From Auanema rhodensis (taxonomy: Eukaryota; Animalia; Nematoda), in the NCBI GenBank assembly GCA_964057225.1, contig OZ059900.1:24552001-24616000 (forward strand): 64,000 nt of DNA. The letters run 5' to 3'. This document shows, piece after piece, positions 43,101 to 56,100 of the stretch (position 1 is the first letter of the stretch; each line of letters starts with the position of its first letter). Position numbers and translations under genes: made by a program. Under the pieces are notes generated by a model. The model saw nothing but the letters and a program-made list of their open reading frames with translations, made no database searches and was not told the DNA's origin.

Positions 43101-44176
43101 GAATATGCTAATTTCCTTAATTTTCTAACCCTTGTTTTTTTGTCGTGAAAGTGGAACTAGACGTTGTACGAACAATTTTGAGCTAGGTTTCATTGACATT
43201 GCATGAGTTTGAACACATGAAATCGTAAGTCAAAACCTTGTTTACAGCGAAATTTCCAAAAACTGGTTTTCCAGCATAATAAAATATTTCTCAAGGGAAA
43301 TACTGTGTTTTTGTATTTTTCTAGTGTTCAGCATGTAAAATGCTTCCTTTTAGTATGTAACACGCTGAAATTCGTTGCATTTGACGACTCATATGAACAA
43401 AAATCGATTTAATCAATATTAGCCATAAGGGGCGTGCCCTCAGAATATGCTAATTTCCTTAGTTTTCTAACCCCTGTTTTTTTGTCGTGAAAGTGGAACT
43501 AGACGTTGTACGAACAATTTTGAGCTAGGTTTCATTGACATTGCATGAGTTTGAACACATGAAATCGTAAGTCAAAACCTTGTTTACAGCGAAATTTCCA
43601 AAAACTGGTTTTCCAGCATAATAAAATATTTCTCATGGGAAATACTGTGTTTTTGTATTTTTCTAGTGTTCAGCATGTAAAATGCTTCATTTTAGTATGT
43701 AACACGCTGAAATTCGTTGCATTTGACGACTCATATGAACAAAAATCGATTTATTCAATATTAGCCATAAGGGGCGTCCCCTCAGAATATGCTAATTTCC
43801 TTAATTTTCTAACCCCTGTTTTTTTGTCGTGAAAGTGGAACTAGACGTTGTACGAACAATTTTGAGCTATGTTTCATTGACATTGCATGAGTTTGAACAC
43901 ATGAAATCGTAAGTCAAAACCTTGTTTACAGCGAAATTTCCAAAAACTGGTTTTCCAGCATAATAAAATATTTCTCATGGGAAATACTGTGTTTTTGTAT
44001 TTTTCTAGTGTTCAGCATGTAAAATGCTTCATTTTAGTATGTAACTCGCTGAAATTCGTTGCATTTGACGACTCATATGAACAAAAATCGATTTAATCAA
44101 TATTAGCCATAAGGGGCGTGCCCTCAGAATATGCTAATTTCCTTAATTTTCTAACCCTTGTTTTTTTGTCGTGAAA
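28103..44176. repeat. Higher-order duplication: 22-monomer block (28103-35626 and 36653-44176), 8550-bp period
   Basis: Variant order is the same monomer by monomer, with two differences seen. The ORF track supports it: starts 28245/32007/35085 recur at +8550 (36795/40557/43635). Confidence 0.9.
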
Positions 44177-47100
44177 GTGGAACTAGACGTTGTACGAACA
44201 ATTTTGAGCTAGGTTTCATTGACATTGCATGAGTTTGAACACATGAAATCGTAAGTCAAAACCTTGTTTACAGCGAAATTTCCAAAAACTGGTTTTCCAG
44301 CATAATAAAATATTTCTCATGGGAAATACTGTGTTTTTGTATTTTTCTAGTGTTCAGCATGTAAAATGCTTCCTTTTAGTATGTAACACGCTGAAATTCG
44401 TTGCATTTGACGACTCATATGAACAAAAATCGATTTAATCAATATTAGCCATAAGGGGCGTGCCCTCAGAATATGCTAATTTCCTTAGTTTTCTAACCCC
44501 TGTTTTTTTGTCGTGAAAGTGGAACTAGACGTTGTACGAACAATTTTGAGCTAGGTTTCATTGACATTGCATGAGTTTGAACACATGAAATCGTAAGTCA
44601 AAACCTTGTTTACAGCGAAATTTCCAAAAACTGGTTTTCCAGCATAATAAAATATTTCTCATGGGAAATACTGTGTTTTTGTATTTTTCTAGTGTTCAGC
44701 ATGTAAAATGCTTCATTTTAGTATGTAACACGCTGAAATTCGTTGCATTTGACGACTCATATGAACAAAAATCGATTTAATCAATATTAGCCATAAGGGG
44801 CGTGCCCTCAGAATATGCTAATTTCCTTAATTTTCTAACCCCTGTTTTTTTGTCGTGAAAGTGGAACTAGACGTTGTACGAACAATTTTGAGCTATGTTT
44901 CATTGACATTGCATGAGTTTGAACACATGAAATCGTAAGTCAAAACCTTGTTTACAGCGAAATTTCCAAAAACTGGTTTTCCAGCATAATAAAATATTTC
45001 TCATGGGAAATACTGTGTTTTTGTATTTTTCTAGTGTTCAGCATGTAAAATGCTTCATTTTAGTATGTAACACGCTGAAATTCGTTGCATTTGACGACTC
45101 ATATGAACAAAAATCGATTTAATCAATATTAGCCATAAGGGGCGTGCCCTCAGAATATGCTAATTTCCTTAATTTTCTAACCCCTGTTTTTTTGTCGTGA
45201 AAGTGGAACTAGACGTTGTACGAACAATTTTGAGCTAGGTTTCATTGACATTGCATGAGTTTGAACACATGAAATCGTAAGTCAAAACCTTGTTTACAGC
45301 GAAATTTCCAAAAACTGGTTTTCCAGCATAATAAAATATTTCTCATGAGAAATACTGTGTTTTTGTATTTTTCTAGTGTTCAGCATGTAAAATGCTTCAT
45401 TTTAGTATGTAACACGCTGAAATTCGTTGCATTTGACGACTCATATGAACAAAAATCGATTTAATCAATATTAGCCATAAGGGGCGTGCCCTCAGAATAT
45501 GCTAATTTCCTTAATTTTCTAACCCCTGTTTTTTTGTCGTGAAAGTGGAACTAGACGTTGTACGAACAATTTTGAGCTAGGTTTCATTGACATTGCATGA
45601 GTTTGAACACATGAAATCGTAAGTCAAAACCTTGTTTACAGCGAAATTTCCAAAAACTGGTTTTCCAGCATAATAAAATATTTCTCATGGGAAATACTGT
45701 GTTTTTGTATTTTTCTAGTGTTCAGCATGTAAAATGCTTCATTTTAGTATGTAACACGCTGAAATTCGTTGCATTTGACGACTCATATGAACAAAAATCG
45801 ATTTAATCAATATTAGCCATAAGGGGCGTGCCCTCAGAATATGCTAATTTCCTTAATTTTCTAACCCTTGTTTTTTTGTCGTGAAAGTGGAACTAGACGT
45901 TGTACGACCAATTTTGAGCTAGGTTTCATTGACATTGCATGAGTTTGAACACATGAAATCGTAAGTCAAAACCTTGTTTACAGCGAAATTTCCAAAAACT
46001 GGTTTTCCAGCATAATAAAATATTTCTCATGGGAAATACTGTGTTTTTGTATTTTTCTAGTGTTCAGCATGTAAAATGCTTCATTTTAGTATGTAACACG
46101 CTGAAATTCGTTGCATTTGACGACTCATATGAACAAAAATCGATTTAATCAATATTAGCCATAAGGGGCGTGCCCTCAGAATATGCTAATTTCCTTAATT
46201 TTCTAACCCCTGTTTTTTTGTCGTGAAAGTGGAACTAGACGTTGTACGAACAATTTTGAGCTAGGTTTCATTGACATTGCATGAGTTTGAACACATGAAA
46301 TCGTAAGTCAAAACCTTGTTTACAGCGAAATTTCCAAAAACTGGTTTTCCAGCATAATAAAATATTTCTCATGGGAAATACTGTGTTTTTGTATTTTTCT
46401 AGTGTTCAGCATGTAAAATGCTTCATTTTAGTATGTAACACGCTGAAATTCGTTGCATTTGACGACTCATATGAACAAAAATCGATTTAATCAATATTAG
46501 CCATAAGGGGCGTGCCCTCAGAATATTCTAATTTCCTTAATTTTCTAACCCCTGTTTTTTTGTCGTGAAAGTGGAACTAGACGTTGTACGAACAATTTTG
46601 AGCTAGGTTTCATTGACATTGCATGAGTTTGAACACATGAAATCGTAAGTCAAAACCTTGTTTACAGCGAAATTTCCAAAAACTGGTTTTCCAGCATAAT
46701 AAAATATTTCTCATGGGAAATACTGTGTTTTTGTATTTTTCTAGTGTTCAGCATGTAAAATGCTTCATTTTAGTATGTAACACGCTGAAATTCGTTGCAT
46801 TTGACGACTCATATGAACAAAAATCGATTTAATCAATATTAGCCATAAGGGGCGTGCCCTCAGAATATGCTAATTTCCTTAATTTTCTAACCCCTGTTTT
46901 TTTGTCGTGAAAGTGGAACTAGACGTTGTACGAACAATTTTGAGCTAGGTTTCATTGACATTGCATGAGTTTGAACACATGAAATCGTAAGTCAAAACCT
47001 TGTTTACAGCGAAATTTCCAAAAACTGGTTTTCCAGCATAATAAAATATTTCTCATGGGAAATACTGTGTTTTTGTATTTTTCTAGTGTTCAGCATGTAA

Positions 47101-50100
47101 AATGCTTCATTTTAGTATGTAACACGCTGAAATTCGTTGCATTTGACGACTCATATGAACAAAAATCGATTTAATCAATATTAGCCATAAGGGGCGTGCC
47201 CTCAGAATATTCTAATTTCCTTAATTTTCTAACCCCTGTTTTTTTGTCGTGAAAGTGGAACTAGACGTTGTACGAACAATTTTGAGCTAGGTTTCATTGA
47301 CATTGCATGAGTTTGAACACATGAAATCGTAAGTCAAAACCTTGTTTACAGCGAAATTTCCAAAAACTGGTTTTCCAGCATAATAAAATATTTCTCATGG
47401 GAAATACTGTGTTTTTGTATTTTTCTAGTGTTCAGCATGTAAAATGCTTCATTTTAGTATGTAACACGCTGAAAGTCGTTGCATTTGACGACTCATATGA
47501 ACAAAAATCGATTTAATCAATATTAGCCATAAGGGGCGTGCCCTCAGAATATGCTAATTTCCTTAGTTTTCTAACCCCTGTTTTTTTGTCGTGAAAGTGG
47601 AACTAGACGTTGTACGAACAATTTTGAGCTAGGTTTCATTGACATTGCATGAGTTTGAACACATGAAATCGTAAGTCAAAACCTTGTTTACAGCGAAATT
47701 TCCAAAAACTGGTTTTCCAGCATAATAAAATATTTCTCATGGGAAATACTGTGTTTTTGTATTTTTCTAGTGTTCAGCATGTAAAATGCTTCATTTTAGT
47801 ATGTAACACGCTGAAATTCGTTGCATTTGACGACTCATATGAACAAAAATCGATTTAATCAATATTAGCCATAAGGGGCGTGCCCTCAGAATATGCTAAT
47901 TTCCTTAATTTTCTAACCCTTGTTTTTTTGTCGTGAAAGTGGAACTAGACGTTGTACGACCAATTTTGAGCTAGGTTTCATTGACATTGCATGAGTTTGA
48001 ACACATGAAATCGTAAGTCAAAATCTTGTTTACAGCGAAATTTCCAAAAACTGGTTTTCCAGCATAATAAAATATTTCTCATGGGAAATACTGTGTTTTT
48101 GTATTTTTCTAGTGTTCAGCATGTAAAATGCTTCATTTTAGTATGTAACACGCTGAAATTCGTTGCATTTGACGACTCATATGAACAAAAATCGATTTAA
48201 TCAATATTAGCCATAAGGGGCGTGCCCTCAGAATATGCTAATTTCCTTAATTTTCTAACCCCTGTTTTTTTGTCGTGAAAGTGGAACTAGACGTTGTACG
48301 AACAATTTTGAGCTAGGTTTCATTGACATTGCATGAGTTTGAACACATGAAATCGTAAGTCAAAACCTTGTTTACAGCGAAATTTCCAAAAACTGGTTTT
48401 CCAGCATAATAAAATATTTCTCATGGGAAATACTGTGTTTTTGTATTTTTCTAGTGTTCAGCATGTAAAATGCTTCATTTTAGTATGTAACACGCTGAAA
48501 TTCGTTGCATTTGACGACTCATATGAACAAAAATCGATTTAATCAATATTAGCCATAAGGGGCGTGCCCTCAGAATATTCTAATTTCCTTAATTCTCTAA
48601 CCCCTGTTTTTTTGTCGTGAAAGTGGAACTAGACGTTGTACGAACAATTTTGAGCTAGGTTTCATTGACATTGCATGAGTTTGAACACATGAAATCGTAA
48701 GTCAAAACCTTGTTTACAGCGAAATTTCCAAAAACTGGTTTTCCAGCATAATAAAATATTTCTCATGGGAAATACTGTGTTTTTGTATTTTTCTAGTGTT
48801 CAGCATGTAAAATGCTTCATTTTAGTATGTAACACGCTGAAAGTCGTTGCATTTGACGACTCATATGAACAAAAATCGATTTAATCAATATTAGCCATAA
48901 GGGGCGTGCCCTCAGAATATGCTAATTTCCTTAGTTTTCTAACCCCTGTTTTTTTGTCGTGAAAGTGGAACTAGACGTTGTACGAACAATTTTGAGCTAG
49001 GTTTCATTGACATTGCATGAGTTTGAACACATGAAATCGTAAGTCAAAACCTTGTTTACAGCGAAATTTCCAAAAACTGGTTTTCCAGCATAATAAAATA
49101 TTTCTCATGGGAAATACTGTGTTTTTGTATTTTTCTAGTGTTCAGCATGTAAAATGCTTCATTTTAGTATGTAACACGCTGAAATTCGTTGCATTTGACG
49201 AATCATATGAACAAAAATCGATTTAATCAATATTAGCCATAAGGGGCGTGCCCTCAGAATATGCTAATTTCCTTAATTTTCTAACCCCTGTTTTTTTGTC
49301 GTGAAAGTGGAACTAGACGTTGTACGAACAATTTTGAGCTAGGTTTCATTGACATTGCATGAGTTTGAACACATGAAATCGTAAGTCAAAACCTTGTTTA
49401 CAGCGAAATTTCCAAAAACTGGTTTTCCAGCATAATAAAATATTTCTCATGGGAAATACTGTGTTTTTGTATTTTTCTAGTGTTCAGCATGTAAAATGCT
49501 TCATTTTAGTATGTAACACGCTGAAAGTCGTTGCATTTGACGACTCATATGAACAAAAATCGATTTAATCAATATTAGCCATAAGGGGCGTGCCCTCAGA
49601 ATATGCTAATTTCCTTAGTTTTCTAACCCCTGTTTTTTTGTCGTGAAAGTGGAACTAGACGTTGTACGAACAATTTTGAGCTAGGTTTCATTGACATTGC
49701 ATGAGTTTGAACACATGAAATCGTAAGTCAAAACCTTGTTTACAGCGAAATTTCCAAAAACTGGTTTTCCAGCATAATAAAATATTTCTCATGGGAAATA
49801 CTGTGTTTTTGTATTTTTCTAGTGTTCAGCATGTAAAATGCTTCATTTTAGTATGTAACACGCTGAAATTCGTTGCATTTGACGAATCATATGAACAAAA
49901 ATCGATTTAATCAATATTAGCCATAAGGGGCGTGCCCTCAGAATATGCTAATTTCCTTAATTTTCTAACCCCTGTTTTTTTGTCGTGAAAGTGGAACTAG
50001 ACGTTGTACGAACAATTTTGAGCTAGGTTTCATTGACATTGCATGAGTTTGAACACATGACATCGTAAGTCAAAACCTTGTTTACAGCGAAATTACCAAA

Positions 50101-53100
50101 AACTGGTTTTCCAGCATAATAAAATATTTCTCATGGGAAATACTGTGTTTTTGTATTTTTCTAGTGTTCAGCATGTAAAATGCTTCATTTTAGTATGTAA
50201 CACGCTGAAATTCGTTGCATTTGACGACTCATATGAACAAAAATCGATTTAATCAATATTAGCCATAAGGGGCGTGCCCTCAGAATATGCTAATTTCCTT
50301 AATTTTCTAACCCCTGTTTTTTTGTCGTGAAAGTGGAACTAGACGTTGTACGAACAATTTTGAGCTAGGTTTCATTGACATTGCATGAGTTTGAACACAT
50401 GAAATCGTAGGTCAAAACCTTGTTTACAGCGAAATTTCCAAAAACTGGTTTTCCAGCATAATAAAATATTTCTCATGGGAAATACTGTGTTTTTGTATTT
50501 TTCTAGTGTTCAGCATGTAAAATGCTTCATTTTAGTATGTAACACGCTGAAATTCGTTGCATTTGACGAATCATATGAACAAAAATCGATTTAATCAATA
50601 TTAGCCATAAGGGGCGTGCCCTCAGAATATGCTAATTTCCTTAATTTTCTAACCCCTGTTTTTTTGTCGTGAAAGTGGAACTAGACGTTGTACGAACAAT
50701 TTTGAGCTAGGTTTCATTGACATTGCATGAGTTTGAACACATGAAATCGTAAGTCAAAACCTTGTTTACAGCGAAATTTCCAAAAACTGGTTTTCCAGCA
50801 TAATAAAATATTTCTCATGGGAAATACTGTGTTTTTGTATTTTTCTAGTGTTCAGCATGTAAAATGCTTCATTTTAGTATGTAACACGCTGAAATTCGTT
50901 GCATTTGACGACTCATATGAACAAAAATCGATTTAATCAATATTAGCCATAAGGGGCGTGCCCTCAGAATATGCTAATTTCCTTAGTTTTCTAACCCCTG
51001 TTTTTTTGTCGTGAAAGTGGAACTAGACGTTGTACGAACAATTTTGAGCTAGGTTTCATTGACATTGCATGAGTTTGAACACATGAAATCGTAAGTCAAA
51101 ACCTTGTTTACAGCGAAATTTCCAAAAACTGGTTTTCCAGCATAATAAAATATTTCTCATGGGAAATACTGTGTTTTTGTATTTTTCTAGTGTTCAGCAT
51201 GTAAAATGCTTCATTTTAGTATGTAACACGCTGAAATTCGTTGCATTTGACGACTCATATGAACAAAAATCGATTTAATCAATATTAGCCATAAGGGGCG
51301 TGCCCTCAGAATATGCTAATTTCCTTAGTTTTCTAACCCCTGTTTTTTTGTCGTGAAAGTGGAACTAGACGTTGTACGAACAATTTTGAGCTAGGTTTCA
51401 TTGACATTGCATGAGTTTGAACACATGAAATCGTAAGTCAAAACCTTGTTTACAGCGAAATTTCCAAAAACTGGTTTTCCAGCATAATAAAATATTTCTC
51501 ATGGGAAATACTGTGTTTTTGTATTTTTCTAGTGTTCAGCATGTAAAATGCTTCATTTTAGTATGTAACACGCTGAAATTCGTTGCATTTGACGACTCAT
51601 ATGAACAAAAATCGATTTAATCAATATTAGCCATAAGGGGCGTGCCCTCAGAATATGCTAATTTCCTTAGTTTTCTAACCCCTGTTTTTTTGTCGTGAAA
51701 GTGGAACTAGACGTTGTACGAACAATTTTGAGCTAGGTTTCATTGACATTGCATGAGTTTGAACACATGAAATCGTAAGTCAAAACCTTGTTTACAGCGA
51801 AATTTCCAAAAACTGGTTTTCCAGCATAATAAAATATATCTCATGGGAAATACTGTGTTTTTGTATTTTTCTAGTGTTCAGCATGTAAAATGCTTCCTTT
51901 TAGTATGTAACACGCTGAAATTCGTTGCATTTGACGACTCATATGAACAAAAATCGATTTAATCAATATTAGCCATAAGGGGCGTGCCCTCAGAATATGC
52001 TAATTTCCTTAGTTTTCTAACCCCTGTTTTTTTGTCGTGAAAGTGGAACTAGACGTTGTACGAACAATTTTGAGCTAGGTTTCATTGACATTGCATGAGT
52101 TTGAACACATGAAATCGTAAGTCAAAACCTTGTTTACAGCGAAATTTCCAAAAACTGGTTTTCCAGCATAATAAAATATTTCTCATGGGAAATACTGTGT
52201 TTTTGTATTTTTCTAGTGTTCAGCATGTAAAATGCTTCATTTTAGTATGTAACACGCTGAAATTCGTTGCATTTGACGACTCATATGAACAAAAATCTAT
52301 TTAATCAATATTAGCCATAACGGGCGTGCCCTCAGAATATGCTAATTTCCTTAATTTTCTAACCCCTGTTTTTTTGTCGTGAAAGTGGAACTAGACGTTG
52401 TACGAACAATTTTGAGCTATGTTTCATTGACATTGCATGAGTTTGAACACATGAAATCGTAAGTCAAAACCTTGTTTACAGCGAAATTTCCAAAAACTGG
52501 TTTTCCAGCATAATAAAATATTTCTCATGGGAAATACTGTGTTTTTGTATTTTTCTAGTGTTCAGCATGTAAAATGCTTCATTTTAGTATGTAACACGCT
52601 GAAATTCGTTGCATTTGACGACTCATATGAACAAAAATCGATTTAATCAATATTAGCCATAAGGGGCGTGCCCTCAGAATATGCTAATTTCCTTAATTTT
52701 CTAACCCCTGTTTTTTTGTCGTGAAAGTGGAACTAGACGTTGTACGAACAATTTTGAGCTAGGTTTCATTGACATTGCATGAGTTTGAACACATGAAATC
52801 GTAAGTCAAAACCTTGTTTACAGCGAAATTTCCAAAAACTGGTTTTCCAGCATAATAAAATATTTCTCATGGGAAATACTGTGTTTTTGTATTTTTATAG
52901 TGTTCAGCATGTAAAATGCTTCATTTTAGTATGTAACACGCTGAAATTCGTTGCATTTGACGACTCATATGAACAAAAATCGATTTAATCAATATTAGCC
53001 ATAAGGGGCGTGCCCTCAGAATATGCTAATTTCCTTAATTTTCTAACCCTTGTTTTTTTGTCGTGAAAGTGGAACTAGACGTTGTACGAACAATTTTGAG

Positions 53101-56100
53101 CTAGGTTTCATTGACATTGCATGAGTTTGAACACATGAAATCGTAAGTCAAAACCTTGTTTACAGCGAAATTTCCAAAAACTGGTTTTCCAGCATAATAA
53201 AATATTTCTCATGGGAAATACTGTGTTTTTGTATTTTTCTAGTGTTCAGCATGTAAAATGCTTCATTTTAGTATGTAACACGCTGAAATTCGTTGCATTT
53301 GACGACTCATATGAACAAAAATCGATTTAATCAATATTAGCCATAAGGGGCGTGCCCTCAGAATATGCTAATTTCCTTAATTTTCTAACCCCTGTTTTTT
53401 TGTCGTGAAAGTGGAACTAGACGTTGTACGAACAATTTTGAGCTAGGTTTCATTGACATTGCATGAGTTTGAACACATGAAATCGTAAGTCAAAACCTTG
53501 TTTACAGCGAAATTTCCAAAAACTGGTTTTCCAGCATAATAAAATATTTCTCATGGGAAATACTGTGTTTTTGTATTTTTCTAGTGTTCAGCATGTAAAA
53601 TGCTTCATTTTAGTATGTAACACGCTGAAATTCGTTGCATTTGACGACTCATATGAACAAAAATCGATTTAATCAATATTAGCCATAAGGGGCGTGCCCT
53701 CAGAATATGCTAATTTCCTTAATTTTCTAACCCCTGTTTTTTTGTCGTGAAAGTGGAACTAGACGTTGTACGAACAATTTTGAGCTAGGTTTCATTGACA
53801 TTGCATGAGTTTGAACACATGGAATCGTAAGTCAAAACCTTGTTTACAGCGAAATTTCCAAAAACTGGTTTTCCAGCATAATAAAATATTTCTCATGGGA
53901 AATACTGTGTTTTTGTATTTTTCTAGTGTTCAGCATGTAAAATGCTTCATTTTAGTATGTAACACGCTGAAAGTCGTTGCATTTGACGACTCATATGAAC
54001 AAAAATCGATTTAATCAATATTAGCCATAAGGGGCGTGCCCTCAGAATATGCTAATTTCCTTAGTTTTCTAACCCCTGTTTTTTTGTCGTGAAAGTGGAA
54101 CTAGACGTTGTACGAACAATTTTGAGCTAGGTTTCATTGACATTGCATGAGTTTGAACACATGAAATCGTAAGTCAAAACCTTGTTTACAGCGAAATTTC
54201 CAAAAACTGGTTTTCCAGCATAATAAAATATTTCTCATGGGAAATACTGTGTTTTTGTATTTTTCTAGTGTTCAGCATGTAAAATGCTTCATTTTAGTAT
54301 GTAACACGCTGAAATTCGTTGCATTTGACGAATCATATGAACAAAAATCGATTTAATCAATATTAGCCATAAGGGGCGTGCCCTCAGAATATGCTAATTT
54401 CCTTAATTTTCTAACCCCTGTTTTTTTGTCGTGAAAGTGGAACTAAACGTTGTACGAACAATTTTGAGCTATGTTTCATTGACATTGCATGAGTTTGAAC
54501 ACATGAAATCGTAAGTCAAAACCTTGTTTACAGCGAAATTTCCAAAAACTGGTTTTCCAGCATAATAAAATATTTCTCATGGGAAATACTGTGTTTTTGT
54601 ATTTTTCTAGTGTTCAGCATGTAAAATGCTTCATTTTAGTATGTAACACGCTGAAAGTCGTTGCATTTGACGACTCATATGAACAAAAATCGATTTAATC
54701 AATATTAGCCATAAGGGGCGTGCCCTCAGAATATGCTAATTTCCTTAATTTTCTAACCCCTGTTTTTTTGTCGTGAAAGTGGAACTAGACGTTGTACGAA
54801 CAATTTTGAGCTATGTTTCATTGACATTGCATGAGTTTGAACACATGAAATCGTAAGTCAAAACCTTGTTTACAGCGAAATTTCCAAAAACTGGTTTTCC
54901 AGCATAATAAAATATTTCTCATGGGAAATACTGTGTTTTTGTATTTTTCTAGTGTTCAGCATGTAAAATGCTTCATTTTAGTATGTAACACGCTGAAATT
55001 CGTTGCATTTGACGAATCATATGAACAAAAATCGATTTAATCAATATTAGCCATAAGGGGCGTGCCCTCAGAATATGCTAATTTCCTTAATTTTCTAACC
55101 CCTGTTTTTTTGTCGTGAAAGTGGAACTAGACGTTGTACGAACAATTTTGAGCTAGGTTTCATTGACATTGCATGAGTTTGAACACATGAAATCGTAAGT
55201 CAAAACCTTGTTTACAGCGAAATTTCCAAAAACTGGTTTTCCAGCATAATAAAATATTTCTCATGGGAAATACTGTGTTTTTGTATTTTTCTAGTGTTCA
55301 GCATGTAAAATGCTTCATTTTAGTATGTAACACGCTGAAATTCGTTGCATTTGACGACTCTGATGAACAAAAATCGATTTAATCAATATTAGCCATAAGG
55401 GGCGTGCCCTCAGAATATGCTAATTTCCTTAATTTTCTAACCCCTGTTTTTTTGTCGTGAAAGTGGAACTAGACGTTGTACGAACAATTTTGAGCTAGGT
55501 TTCATTGACATTGCATGAGTTTGAACACATGAAATCGTAAGTCAAAACCTTGTTTACAGCGAAATTTCCAAAAACTGGTTTTCCAGCATAATAAAATATT
55601 TCTCATGGGAAATACTGTGTTTTTGTATTTTTCTAGTGTTCAGCATGTAAAATGCTTCATTTTAGTATGTAACACGCTGAAATTCGTTGCATTTGACGAC
55701 TCATATGAACAAAAATCGATTTAATCAATATTAGCCATAAGGGGCGTGCCCTCAGAATATGCTAATTTCCTTAATTTTCTAACCCCTGTTTTTTTGTCGT
55801 GAAAGTGGAACTAGACGTTGTACGAACAATTTTGAGCTAGGTTTCATTGACATTGCATGAGTTTGAACACATGAAATCGTAAGTCAAAACCTTGTTTACA
55901 GCGAAATTTCCAAAAACTGGTTTTCCAGCATAATAAAATATTTCTCATGGGAAATACTGTGTTTTTGTATTTTTCTAGTGTTCAGCATGTAAAATGCTTC
56001 ATTTTAGTATGTAACACGCTGAAATTCGTTGCATTTGACGACTCTGATGAACAAAAATCGATTTAATCAATATTAGCCATAAGGGGCGTGCCCTCAGAAT

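Noticed and set aside
28245-43832. Seven identical 65-aa ORFs (MGNTVFLYF...)
   Set aside because: They arise from one SNV (A262T, TAA>TAT) in a satellite variant and are multiplied by the block duplications. No recognisable domain. This frame has 6 stops per 114 codons in the consensus, near chance for AT-rich DNA. Useful only as structural markers.
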